64,000 nt of DNA, taken from the NCBI GenBank assembly GCA_025558095.1, contig JAIVFI010000015.1:434001-498000 (forward strand), read 5' to 3'. Origin of the DNA: Hyaloraphidium curvatum SAG 235-1. Its lineage: Eukaryota; Fungi; Monoblepharomycota. Made by a program: the position numbers and the translations under genes. A model generated the notes under the pieces. That model made no database searches and was not told the origin of the DNA. It was given only the letters and a program-made list of their open reading frames with translations. Of the stretch, positions 1 through 12,455 are shown one piece after another. The stretch's first letter is position 1, and the number at the start of each line of letters is the position of its first letter.

Positions 1-739
1 CCTTGCAGTTCATGACCACGAGTCGGCACTCAAGTTCCTCATGCGCATCAAAACAGCGGATCCTGCGCTGTACCTACTTTACAAAGAGCTCAAGATCGAG
101 GCACTGAAGGGGTCCTGGAACTGGGCTGCCTTCCTGAGGGAACTACTTGTATACTATGGCGGCGAAGATGGGAGGGAGATGTGGGAGAAGGACACTTTCT
201 CATGGCCCAAGGAGACTGTGGAGAATCTTGTGGAGGGCAAGTTCAGGGAGATCAATGCCCAGAGGCTCAAGGACAACGACAAACTGCACTTTTGGAGGAT
301 GTGTGACATGACCTTTGGCCACATCGGACCGTCCCTGATCCGGGTGGAGAAGCACCGGAGGGATGTCCAAAAGTTGCTGTGCTCTACCCACGACCTGGAG
401 GTGGAGATAGGCAGGCACCAAGGACTTGAGGTGCAGCAGAGAACGTGCAAGCATGACCCTGAGCACATTGGAGACGAACAACACTTTCTGTTTCACTGTT
501 CAGCAAATGCGGAGCGGCGCCAGAAGCTGCAGACTAGATTGGAAGCACTAGGCCGCGAGTGGAACATGGAGACCTGCCTCTGGGCTCTTAGCATCAAGGA
601 GTTCGAGCCCACGATCAAAGCGAGGCGGCAGAAGGAGAAGGCCCTCAACTCCATTGCCAGCTTCATCTCAAAGTCCATGAAGGACAGGAAAACTGGGAAA
701 ATGAAAAAGACACACGACGACGATGAACTTTGCAATTAG
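1..739 (+). mobile_element. 3' end of non-LTR retrotransposon ORF2 (C-terminal zinc-knuckle region), truncated by window start
   Basis: ORF 41-739 contains HDLEVEIGRH...RTCKHDPEHIGDEQHFLFHC, matching the HxLxIExGR...RxC...DExHFLxxC motif found downstream of RT in LINE ORF2 proteins. It is intronless and CpG-poor, unlike host genes. The RT domain itself is not visible. Confidence 0.7.
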
Positions 740-896
740 CAGCAAACTGATGGTGTAACAGCGGCCAAGCCAGGGGCAGGTCCGGGTCACCAATACTATT
801 CTTTTCCTCAACCCATGACTAGGCCATCTCCCAAGGCCCATCCTACACCACCACCACCAAGGAGCTGCAAAGATTCCGAAGAAGACTACCAGCATT

Positions 897-2019
897 CAGC
901 GGAGCCGTGCAGTTTTGGTGGCCTTGACGAAGCAAGGGACAAAGCATATGGTGTTCCATGACTGAGCTACAAACATTCAAGTGGCTATGTGAGTCCCTCA
1001 CTCCTTGGGGTCACGTGCTATCCTCTTCACGGCAGTCTTGCTTATGTCATGGATGACGAATTTGTGCTTTGTCTTGATTGTCGGGGAGCCTTCATAAGTG
1101 AGCTTCTCCAAATCGCTGACATCCTTCCCCGAGCCCGCTCTTGAAGAGGCAAAAACCTACAAGGGAGGCGAGCACTCAACCTCATAGACAAAGGAGCGCA
1201 ATCAAAGTGTCTCTCGTACCTCTGGCAAAGTTGGATCATAGTCGTCCACACTCAGGAAGACCGGCGTCGATCGGAACGACACGCGGGTGCGTGGTGCCTC
1301 CTGGTACTCCTCCGACCGAACGCTCTCGGCCTCGAGCAGTTTTTCCATACGTTTCGTGAGCTGCGTCTGCATTACGGCACCCTGCGCTGAACGTCAGCCG
1401 AGCAGAGGGGAGTCCTACGGCTCAAGGCACCTGTTCCGCCAGTTTGCGCTCCAACACTTTGAGCTTCAGGATGGCCTGCACGCGAAGCATGGACAGCCCG
1501 TGCTCTTCGGCAAGCTTCCGCGGGGTCCATTCCTCAGGATCCTCCGAGAACTGGGCGAAAATGCGCTCCCTCAGGGCATCCGACACCGGCGGTACCACCC
1601 TGAAGTACGGATTCATGGGGAAGGGCTTCGCGGTGCCTGGCGTGAGACACCCAGTCGAACGCCATCGCAATTCAGCATGCTACCTGCACGTTGTTTCCAG
1701 TAACGAACCTACGAAACAGCGCCCGGTTAGTGTACCCTCCACAGTCTGCCCGCAGCACCGTTTACCGATTCGAAGGCTCCACCTTACGGAACCTTTCCAC
1801 CTTTTCCAGAGCAGTAGGTAGGTCCACCTTTCCCCCGCCATCGGCAGCTGCCGACCCGGAGCGTCGTTGCCGAACCACGCGTCCGGCGTGGAAGGTCCTT
1901 TGGAAGGTCCTCACGGCTCCGGATCCGCCGTCAACGCGGGCGCCGGGCACTCCAGCAGGACTGGAGATGAAGCTCGTACAGCATCGCGCGCAGACCGCGC
2001 GTCGGGCGCCCGTTGCCAT
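897..2019 (-). CDS. MRPS35: mitochondrial small ribosomal subunit protein mS45 (MRPS35/Bot1 family), multi-exon; 3' end approximate
   Basis: Exon KPFPMNPYFRVVPPVSDALRERIFAQF...TPRKLAEEHGLSMLRVQAILKLK fits the Bot1/mS45 core. Arg-rich presequence-like start MATGARRAVCARCC at 2019. Exon boundaries were not fully resolved. Confidence 0.75.
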
Positions 2020-2091
2020 GTTGTTGTCGCGGACGCGTCGATCGACCTCTGACAGAGACTGACGACAGCGGAGTGGGCAACATTTCATTTA

Positions 2092-3021
2092 TCAAGCTGG
2101 CAGTTTGCCGCATATCTTCCACTCCGTCTCTGCCCCCTTCAGGATAGCGGAGATCACAATGTACTCTCGCACCCGATCGATCTGCGCCACCACCTTGTCG
2201 GATCCCTCGACCTTCACGGTCTTGGCGCGCATCCATGTCAGCAGCTCAATCGCATATTCGCCCGTGTCACCCACTTGCTTTGACGTCAACCTGTAAGTTA
2301 GTTGAGCATACTGCGAGTCGAACGATCAGTGCGTGAGATCACCCAGGCATCTGCTGCCACACCTTGGCGTCCCCCTGAGCCTGCGCTAGCCGCACTTGAA
2401 CAAGATGCGTACGATCGAAGATACCACGCGACCATTCGTTCGACCAGATCTGCTTTGGCCGGGGTTTCCGTAGCTCCTTCACCAATTCCTGGACAGATGC
2501 ACATCACGCACGGCGAGCGGAACAGAAACGGTGGGGCCTACTCCGTAGAATCCATCCGTCACCACCGCTTTGAGGGCTTTTTCGTCCTTCCTGTGTTGCC
2601 GCCGTCGATAAAGCGCGAGACGGGTTCGCAACCGATCATTGAGTGATCAATCCCAAGAACTACCCCAAACGCCATATCCGCACCTAGCGAATGCTTCGTT
2701 CATTTGCACGTAAAGGGTATGGACGGTTTCCCTTAGAGTCCGTTTGGATTTCGTCGAGTTCCTCCAAACCATGAACCCTTGAGACATATTTCGAAGGTTG
2801 GCTTTCACGAACGACAAAAGTCCCGAAGAGAACCGCGCTTTGGGATCGTAGGGCTCAATGATTGGAATGTCCGCGACGTGCGCGTGCCGCATCGGCCTTC
2901 CGCTCTGCCATCGGCGGGGGCCGAACGAAGCCGACCAAAGAGCATGGCTAGAAAGCGGTGCTCTGATGCCAATGCCAATCGTCCGAGTCCAGGCGGCTCT
3001 GCAACCCGCTATGGGAACCAT
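2092..3021 (-). CDS. MBA1: Tim44-like domain mitoribosome protein Mba1/mL45, multi-exon
   Basis: LYVQMNEAFA segment and C-terminal VREYIVI...EWKICGKL are typical of the Mba1/MRPL45 Tim44 fold. Presequence-like N-terminus. Confidence 0.7.
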
Positions 3022-3144
3022 TGCGAGCGAACCGGAAGAGTTGATTGAAGGTCTTCCGTTGTTTGATGCTCGCGGTCGGCATCGCGCATCAGCATCCACA
3101 TCGCCACGGCCCTCGAACACGGTCTACCGCGTGTTTCTGTCGTC

Positions 3145-3543
3145 ATGGCATTTCGTGCAGCCTCGACATTGGAGAGGGCGGCCGTACTCGCCGCTGCCGG
3201 GCCGGTTGGGCTCCATCACGGAACGCCTACCCGTTCGCTCGCGTGCGCCCTGTGGCTCGGATCGCACGGACTATCTGCCGCCGTGGGCGCGCTCTCGTGG
3301 ATCCCATCATTGATCACGGACATTTGGGGAGCCATTCTCCTGGCAGCCCCGAAGAGGAGGACCACGCACCGCACGAAGCGGACGAGGCAGAACGCGCCCG
3401 AGAACAAACTGGAGAACCGGCGAGACATCACACAGTGTCCGTTTTGCGGGGAGCCGAAGCTGTTGCGCCATCTCTGCATGCGATGCTACGAGACGGTGAA
3501 GGAGAAGTACAAGGACGTGCTTGGGGGGGTAACTCGGCGATGA
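3145..3543 (+). CDS. MRPL32: mitochondrial ribosomal protein bL32m
   Basis: ILLAAPKRRTTHRTKRTR followed by CPFCGEPKLLRHLCMRC zinc ribbon, after a long presequence. Single exon. Confidence 0.92.
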   Translation: MAFRAASTLERAAVLAAAGPVGLHHGTPTRSLACALWLGSHGLSAAVGALSWIPSLITDIWGAILLAAPKRRTTHRTKRTRQNAPENKLENRRDITQCPFCGEPKLLRHLCMRCYETVKEKYKDVLGGVTRR

Positions 3544-3758
3544 ACCGATCGTTGGGGCTCGTTGGGTGGAAGAGGCCCAAGCGTTGCTTTAGGATGTAGC
3601 TGACTGACCTATGACTCTAATCACGACGAGGTGCACCCAACTGATTGATAAGATTGGTGCGGGGGGCCGGACCGTTTGTCGCGGGCGACGCTACGACGCT
3701 TGTTGAGTGTCGCACAACTCTGAACCTTCCCAGCTACACCGTTTTCTCCGGAGTGGCG

Positions 3759-5615
3759 ATGGATTTCACCAACAATCCCGCGCTGCTGTCGGCCATTCAG
3801 TCCAAGCTGCAGGAGCTCGTCGGTCGTGATTCGGGCTATATCAAGTCCCTGCCTCCCGTGCGTCCGCGTGCGGATCTTCGCCTGGAGAACACCAACTCGC
3901 AGACCTCCCCAGGATGTGAAAAGGAGGATCAACGCGCTCAAAAACCTCCAGGTGCTCGCGCTTTGGTGACGAGCTTTGGCAAAAGGGCTCATCGCCTCCT
4001 TTTCCTTCAGAATCAGCAGGCCGAGCTGGAGAGCAAGCTGCAGGAGGAGATCCTGGCGTTGGAGCGGAAGTACCACGTGGGTCTTTCGCTTGCCGAGCGT
4101 TGTCGAGGTCCAATGCCACTTTTTGCGCCACAGGCCCTGTACGAACCTCTGTATGACAAGGTGCTTTGGCGGTCGATTGCGACACTCCAACCGCAGCTTA
4201 CACCGCGCTCTTTTGCTCGATTGTAGCGGTTGAGCTTTGTTTCTGGCGAGGCAGAGCCTACCGACGAGGAAGCTACGCTGGAGGAGGACAACGACGACGA
4301 TGAGGCTGCGGAGGAAGCCCCGAAAGAGGACGAGGGATCTTCGCAGGACAAAACCAAAGGGATACCCCAGTTCTGGTTGGTTCCTCTGGAACAGGTTTTG
4401 GCGGGGGCTGAGCCACTCCTCAGGCTCACCGCGATGAGAACCCACCCGGTGTTGATGGATCTGATCACGGAGCGTGACGAGGACGCGCTGAAGCACCTTA
4501 CCGACATTCGGGCCAGAGATCTGGAAGACAACCCCGTACGACGGCCGAAGCTCGCTTGCGATCGACGCTCACGGCTTTGCCTACACTAGGGCTTCAAGCT
4601 GGAGTTCTTCTTCCAGCCGAATGAATACTTCTCCGACAGCGTTCTGACCAAGGTTGTGGTATCTAGTCGCTCCCACGGACATGTTCTGACCCTGTTACAC
4701 CCTCAGACCTACTACCTCTCCAACGACGGTTATGGTGGTACCTATCTGGCGTCTCTGGCGTAGATTGCCCCCTAACCGCTTGCTTCAGATCGGGGCATCG
4801 TGTACGACCATGCCGAGGGGTCAGTGACGTTCGTGACCCATTTCTTGACAAAGCTGACGACGTTTGGGAGTGCAGCACAAAGATTCAGTGGAAGGAAGGC
4901 AAGGATCTCTCCGTCATTGTGGAGACCAAGAAACAGCGGCACAAGGGTGGGAGATTGCCGAGCGGTCGGCCTTCGGCGCTCATCGGTCACCACCGGCAGG
5001 CACCAACAAGACCCGAATCGTGAAAAAGACGACCCCCACGGACACTTTCTTCAACTTCTTTACGCCCCCTGTGGTTCCGGACGAGGACGAGGAGGAGGAC
5101 GCAGACGTGGGAACCTTGATTCGCTAGGGCCTCGGGCAATGATCTCATTCAATGGGTAGATGGACGAGCTGCAGGAGAAACTCGAGGCGGATTACGAGAT
5201 CGGCGAGGTGGCTTCGGTTCTCGCATCACCCCCACCAGACAATCTCACGCGGCCCCCTGCAGCTGTTTAAGCTCAAGATCATTCCGCACGCGGTTGACTG
5301 GTGCGTGAAGCGCCGCCATCACTCACGGGGATGCTAATGCGAGGGGACAGGTTCACCGGGGAAGCACTCTCTTACGACATGGACTCGGACCTCGGCGATG
5401 AGGAGGGTTACTCCGATGAGGACGAGGAAGGCGGCAGTGACGATGGCAGTGAGGACGAGGACGAATCCGACGATGACGTTCCGCCGCCGCCGAAAGCTGG
5501 CAAGTCGAAGTCGCCGAAGGGGGCCAAGGGCGGGGACCCCGGTAAGAAGTGACTTGCCGCGAGCAGACAATTTGCTGGAGACGCGATTGCCGCTGCAGAG
5601 TGCAAGCAACAATAG
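3759..5615 (+). CDS. NAP1: nucleosome assembly protein 1 (about 14 short introns)
   Basis: Spliced reading gives SGYIKSLP-DVKRRINALKNLQ, KGIPQFWLTAM, GFKLEFFFQPNEYF, DTFFNFFTPP, KIIPHAVDWFTGEAL, an acidic tail and C-terminal ECKQQ*. Confidence 0.95.
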
Positions 5616-5629
5616 CTGGTTTTGTACCG

Positions 5630-8600
5630 TCACAGATACACTGCCCTGACATCTGATTGCCCGAAGGGTATACCGCATGTGGGGCATTTTCTGAGGATTC
5701 ATGAGAATTTCGATAGCGTTCCGTCAGCAGAGCGAGTGCGAACGGCGTCAACTGTACAAACCTCTGGCGGGAATCGTAGACCGTGTCGATGCACTGCATG
5801 GGAGGTCAGGGCTGTTCGGGTCAATGAAAGGTCACCAAACCTACCTGCTTGCAGAAGGTATGCATGCACTTCAATAGCACGTGCGACTTGAATCTCGTGT
5901 TGCACGTGGTGCACTTCAGCAAAGACTTCCGTAGACGTTAGAGATTCGCGCGACGATCCGACACCACTCCGCACCTTGTACTCGTCCAATTGGCGAACCA
6001 GCTCGCTGTCCCCCGACGGATCTGCCTTCATCGCCTCTATCTTCTTGTTCAGCTTGGCAAGCTCCTCCTGCAAAGGACAACTCAGCAAACTCACGACGAA
6101 TTCGCGATCAATCGACACGCACCTCCATCTCCCGCTTCGTCCGTGCCTCGCCCTCCAGCGTGGAGGTCTTCTCCTTCAGGTTTGAGACCAGCTTTTGCCA
6201 GAAAGGTTACCAAGGGTGGCAAACGCCTACGAGCACGGACCCACCTCAGAAAGTTTTTGGTTCAGCCGTTCGGTTTTCTCGCGGCCTTCGTTCGCCTGCA
6301 ATGCCAGCTCAGCATTCTTGCGCTTGTGACCGTCGATTAGACCCTGGCGACCCGCAATCTCTCGTTCCAAATGCGCCTTGACGTCGCCGTGAGATTAATC
6401 AACACGAAAGGACCTCGGCAACTCACAATTTGCTGGGACAGTGTCTTCTCCAGCTCCTCCAACCGACGGATCTGCTCCAGTTGCTTGTCGGACTGCTTCT
6501 TGAGCGCCATCGCCATGTTGTTTATGGTGCTGTTCTGCTTGGCCATCGTGTTCAGCTTGGCCTCCAGCTTCGCTTTCTGGTTCGAAACCCCGCGATCAGA
6601 GATGGGATGCTGACGAAGCCAAAGGCTGCCACTCACTTCCGCGAGGTACTTGACGATCTGGTCCTCCTTCTCAGTCAAGTCGAGCACCTTTCGCGAGTTC
6701 TGTTCCTCAAGCTGAGTCCACGCAGTCCCAATGGTCTCGATCTCGGCGAGGAGCTTCGCCTCGGTCTGCACATAACATGTAAACGAAATCAAAGCGCCGA
6801 AGGCTCCCCATGAACGTACCTTTTGGTACTGCTCGCAGCGAAGCTCCAGCTGTTGTAGCTGGGCATCGGACTCCGTGGCAGGTCGCCCGGCCGATGCAGC
6901 GCCACCATTTTGAGCCCCGATCCGGCTGCGAAGATCATCCTTTGCAACCTTCAACGACGAACGACAATTAGCGAAGCTACCAATCCCTAGCGCCGCGATC
7001 TCACCTCATCCAGCTGCTGTTCGCTTGCACCAAGCGAGGCGGCTAATCGAGCGAGCTTCTCGACATGGTTCTGCGACAGGCTGAACCGACTGGATGAGCA
7101 TGGACCCCATACCGAACGGATTCTGCCTACCGATAGCGGTGCTGGAGCTCGCTGACTGCGTCTTCCTCTGACATTTGGTCGAAGAGGTCGAACATTTCGC
7201 GACTGCCGCTCAAGGAAGCCAGCTTCATCCGGAGGCGCTGATTCTCGGTCTCCAACGCCACGATGCGATCCTTGCGAGTGTTGGCGATGACTCTGATCTC
7301 ATGATTCTGGATGATCTCGGCCTGATCTTTGGAGATCCGAGCGTCCAGATCACGAAGTGCTTGATCCCGTCCGGCGCGCAACCTGTTGACATCGGCCTCC
7401 ATCCGACGTATCTCACCCTCCAACACTTTACGACGAGCAGCCTCTTCCCCCTGCAGATGCCACGTTCTAAGTGGAAACTTTACAGGTCGCTCATAAGAGC
7501 TTACCTCGATCTGCTTCCGAAGCTTCGCGCCCCCAGCACGCAGCTCATCCAGTTCCTTGTTCTGCTTGTCCATGTTGGCCTTTGCGGCATCAAGCTCCGC
7601 CTTAATGAACAGGAAATGGGCGTAGAGTTCTCGATAGGCGGGATTCTCCGTCGGCTTTTCGTCTCCAGCAAACCCCTGCGGGCGGCGAGTTGGCTATGCG
7701 TCGCCCAACGGTCGACGCCTGCCCTAACCTTATATCGAGCCTCGTCCAGCTCTTGTTGGAGCTTGGTTCTTTCGCTTTCCAGCCGCTGTATCTCCTTCAA
7801 CCTCCTCTGCGCCACCTCGGACTGCACGGCCAAATCCTCCTTGAGACGGGATACACCCAACGGATCCTCTTCGACCTGAGGAAAAAAAGTTGGGTCGGGC
7901 AGATAGGCAGATAGACGTCGGTAGCAACGACATACTTTCACTTCCGCAACCGTGATTTCCGTCTTCGGCGCGGGTTCCTTGACGGCCGGAGCCACAGCAG
8001 TCGTCGCGCAGCTGAGGCGATCGAGTTTGCGTTCCAGCAGCTCCACGGTGTGGCGTGCCGTCGCCAAATCACGCTGCAGCTCCTCAGCGGTTCGCCGTCC
8101 TTTGGCAAGCTCTAGTTTCGCGGTTTTCGCCTGAGAAAAGGCCGGTTGACCGAAAGACGAGTCGACAGACGTCATTGGCCTACCTCGTTCGCGGCGACTC
8201 GAAGCTGCTCCTGCAGTTCATCCAGATTCTCCCGGTTCGCGTCCCGCTCGGCCTGCAGACGCCCAACCTCCCGTTCGTAGACTTTGACGATCTCGTTCTG
8301 CTTGTCCTCCGCGGACGCTATGGCGTTCACATGAGAGCTCCAAGAGTCCCACGTAGACAGGCTTTGCTGCACGGCATTCCGCAAATCGGCAAGCATCGTT
8401 TGAGTTTCCCGAAACGTGGCAGTCACGGGGGCCTCCAGATCCGCCGACTGCAAACCCTCCAAGAGCGTCTCGAACGACCCCTTTCCTCGCACTTTGGACC
8501 ACGCGTCAGGCCATGAAGCAAACTACCGCGTTCGGGCCGCTCACTGCCGTCTCTTCCCTTGGCAGGCCTGTCCCCAGCCGGCACGGCCGACACAAGAGAG

Positions 8601-9020
8601 CGGATCTCGTCGTGCAGCTGCAGAGAACCTTCAGAAACATGTCCCACTGCCCACCATTGTCCGCACACCTGTGCCAGCGCCTTCATCAGCAGACCGGTCT
8701 GCTGTTCACTCCGGTCGCGTTGGGCCTGCATTTGCTTCGCGTTCCCAGCCGCTGACTGGCTCTCCCGCTTGTACGCCTGGAGCTGTCTCCACATCGCCTC
8801 CTTCTGAAACAGCTGGAGGAACTCCTATGGGCCCAAGGATGAGTGCATCACGGTCATTGGTCCGGGTCTCATTGCTCGCGAAGTGACGTGCCTCGGGGGA
8901 TCTCTCGACGTCCGGCGAGCCGGCGCCCGAGGGGTGTCCTTCCGCCGAGCCACCATGGTCGATTCTCGGGACCTTTCTGGCCCCATCGCCGTGATCCTCG
9001 AGCTTCCGCTTCTCGGCCAT
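5630..9020 (-). CDS. BRE1: E3 ubiquitin ligase Bre1 (H2B monoubiquitination), multi-exon
   Basis: MAEKRK start, AMWRQLQAYKRE, long coiled coils and EIETIGTAWTQLEEQNSRKV. C-terminal RING reads CTTCNTRFKSHVLLKCMHTFCK..CID...KCPTCGIPFGQSDVRAVYL*. Confidence 0.93.
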
Positions 9021-9111
9021 TTCGCCGCGGGTCGTTGTTGATCTTGACAGACGCGCGCCCGTGCCCGTGCACGAGGGTCGATCACTCAACAACCTTCCGG
9101 CGGGCCCGCCG

Positions 9112-12100
9112 ATGTGCTCGTTCCCTACATTCGGCTTTGACATAGAAGATAGTGGCTACGAACGCGACAGAAACGCGTCTGCGGGCTCCCGGGTCCACGA
9201 TGAGCGCCGGCAACCTGTTCGGAGCCACGACGCCGGGACCGTCGTTGCGACCAGCAGAGACTCGCGGAGGGACTCGGACCGCAGGGAGCGACATCGCAGA
9301 TCGGACGATGGATCCGTACAGCATGGTGATCGTGGCCGGAAGAGGCGGAGGGAGAGGTCACGTTCCCCGGGGCCCCTCGTACCGGCGAGGGAATCGACGA
9401 ACGCGAAGGACTTCCGTTTCGACAAGCGACGCGACTACTCGAACTTGGCAATGGAGACCCCAAACAGGAGCTCGGTGCCCCGTTTCTTTCGCGCCGGCGG
9501 CCCGTTCGTCCTCGGCGCCCCGGAGTTCCTTTCCTTTGCTTTCGACGGTGGAGCCTCTGCCGGCCCGGTGCGGGCCGCAAAGGACGTCAATCGGCAGGCC
9601 ACAAGGCGCCGATTCGTTGCTTTGAGGGAAGCGTTGCGCGGGCCGTCCTCGAGGCTGCGCAAGGTCCCCGATACCTCCGACGGGCATGCCGAGTTTGTCC
9701 CGCTGGACTTGGGCCCAGACGTGGACGTGAGCATGGAAGAGCTGAATGAACAGCAGCAGGCTGCTTTCAGAAAGGAGTCCGAATCTCTGGGAAAGAGGCT
9801 GATCGAGGACAGCAAGGACTACCGCACGTGGAAGGCTTTGCTGGATCTCCAAGATCGCCTGGCAGGGACGTCCACCAGGGGCTCGTCGTACCGACTTGTG
9901 ATCGCGGAAAAGAAGCTTGCAATTTGCGAGAGGGCTTTCGTGAGCCTTCCGGATCATGACGGCCTCTGGCTCGAGTACCTGAAGATCGGCACCGCCGTGT
10001 GGGATACTCAGACGGTGCTCACGAACTGGGACCGGGCTCTCGCCGCCGCTCCGAATTCCTATCTGCTCGTGCTGGAATACCTTGCTTTCCGGCAGACGAA
10101 TGCGGCGACATTTAATTGCAGCGAGTGCGTCGAGGCATTTGGGGAGTTCCTCCAACGACAATTGCCGAAGGAAAGTGCGGCGGCGCGGAAGCTCACGAGG
10201 GCAAAGATATATGCTTTCGCTCGGGTCTGCTACCTCCTCCGCGAATCCGGTAAGGTTACACACTCAGTCCAGTCTTGCGGGCCTTCCCGTCTCACGGTCT
10301 CTCGCGTAGGTTACGTCGAGCGCGCGATCGCCGCGATTCAGGCGATGTTGGAGGTGACGTTCAGGCGCCCGCCAAGCCTCGGAAGCAGTGGTTGGCAGGG
10401 CGTGATGGACGCCTTCGAGGACTTTTTCGAAAGCTCCAGTCCGCGGTTCGGCGACCATTCGTCCGCTGGATGGGCATCGTTCGCTGCGACCACAGGTTCC
10501 ACTCCGGACGATGCGGATGACGACTTACCTTCGGCCTCGGAAGGCCCAAGCGACGATGAGGATGACTGGTGGGAGGCTGAGCAAAGGGCGGACTCGGGGC
10601 GCTGGGTGCCGAAACGAGCGGCCACGAACGTACGCGACCCGAACGCCATTGTCGTCATGGAAGATGTCCGGCCGCTTCTGTTTCCCGTGCACGGCCCGGC
10701 TTTGCAGGCCGAGCTTCTCACCGCCTGTTTGCGTTTCTTGGGGTTACCTGTCACCGTCGGGTGGGATTCCACCTCGGATCTTGAGCATGACGATCCGTTC
10801 CTCTGCAATTCGATTGCGGACGAGTTGATAAGCGCTGATCTGGATTCGATCGCGCCGAATCTTGCTTTTGTCGCGTCGTATCCGCAGACCGAGGACTATG
10901 CCGCGTACAGGGATCCGCCGTTTGCCTGGACGGCCGAGGCAATACGCAATTCGAGGATGCTGCAACGGCCTGGCACTCTGGCTTTTGCGAGGTTGGTTGC
11001 TCGGGCGGCACCTCTTGTGCGCTGACGTCAGCTCCACGACCAGTAACCTGTTGCAGCAGGTGCTCGCCGTTTCCGACGCCCTTCGTATCTCTCTCTGCGC
11101 TATTCTCCTGGCCTTCGAGTTTGCATTGTCTCCGAAACGTGGCAGCAAGCTGGCCAAACAGATGCTGAAAGTTCACCGGGATGATATCTCGCTCTGGGCC
11201 GCGTATGCCGGGGCGGAGAAAGCGTTTGGGCGGCCAGACGATGCTCGCAACGTGCTCATTGCCGCGATACAACTGGGTCAAAGCATGGGTACCGCTGCGG
11301 ACCGCGATTTGGCGCGTTTGGTCTTCAGCCTCGCGGACCTTGAACTCACGGCAAGGCGAAAGGAGGCTGCTCTTAGCGCCATCGTCCATCTCGCTCTAGG
11401 AAAGCACCTGTCCGGGCCGGAAGCACTGGAGAGCGTGCCGTCCCCACCGCAGGTTCTAAAGGCTCGCAAGATTTTCGCGCAAAGGCATGCGGACGTCATG
11501 GGGCGCGGCTCCCTGGAAGGATCGGACGCATCTCATGCAGCCAGGCTCGTCGCAATCCGCGGATGGCTGGAGTACCTTGCCGAAGGACTGGACGATGCTT
11601 GCGCAGTGTTTTCCGGGGCGCTGCAGGCATTGCGATCATCGGGTCGCTCGACTTCATTCCTGTCAGAACTGCTGTTCCAGGAATACCTGCGCCTTTTGTT
11701 GTTTCACGAAAGGGCCGCCTCAAGCGGAAGGTTGGGAGAAAGCCAAAAGGTCCTGCAGGAGGCACTTGCACTCTTTCCAAAGAACACGGCATTCCTCGGC
11801 TTGTACTTTGAGGGGAGCTCCGCCGTATTGGCCAGCAGATCGCGATGGTCCTTCGACATTGAGCTGAAGAGGTTGGTTGCCGCTTCGAAGGGATCTTAGT
11901 TGGAACTTGACCACACCTTTGTCCTAGGGAGATGTCTTCCTTCTTCGTAACTGCATACCCCGTGGTCGCGGAGCTGCAAAGCCAATCAAGGAACGCCAAC
12001 CTGGTGCGCACCTTGCTGGGGAATTGCATTGAAAGACAAAGGTCTGCATCGTTGCGCAGCGCCATCAGATGCGGACTGACATGCTCCAGCAATCGCCCGT

Positions 12101-12442
12101 CGAGTGCCCTCTGGATGGTATTCATCCGCTTCGAGCTGTCTCAGGGGAGGTTCTCGGACGCCAAGCAACTGTTCTGGCGAGCTGTCCGCGAGTGCCCTTG
12201 GTCAAAAGGTGAGGCGGCGTTGGTCTTCAGCTCGTCAACGGACACTGATCGGTTCCCCTCTGCGAGACCTCTACATGATGCCTTTCAACAAGAAGCTCGA
12301 CATGAAGTTCACGACCGCCGAGCTGGAGGAAGTTTGGACGCTGATGTCCGAGGAGAAGGAGATCCGCGTCCGGGTGCTGTGGCGGCCCGAGGATGGCGAA
12401 TCGGACGACGAAGCGATCTCCAGCGACCAATCCACCAGCTGA
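9112..12442 (+). CDS. NRDE2: NRDE-2/Nrl1 family HAT-repeat protein (nuclear RNAi/splicing/exosome-associated), multi-exon
   Basis: Motifs FDKRRDYSNL, IAEKKLAICERA, GYVERAIAAIQAMLE, FEDFFESSSPRFGD..GW, DPNAIVVMEDVRPLLF, RAVRECPWSK-DLYM and MSEEKEIRVR. Confidence 0.88.
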
Positions 12443-12455
12443 TGTTGTATTGAGT

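Noticed and set aside
3645-9020. Fragmented ORFs suggesting pseudogenes, frameshifting or an alternative genetic code
   Set aside because: The breaks I traced are explained by short introns, and the standard code gives conserved motifs.
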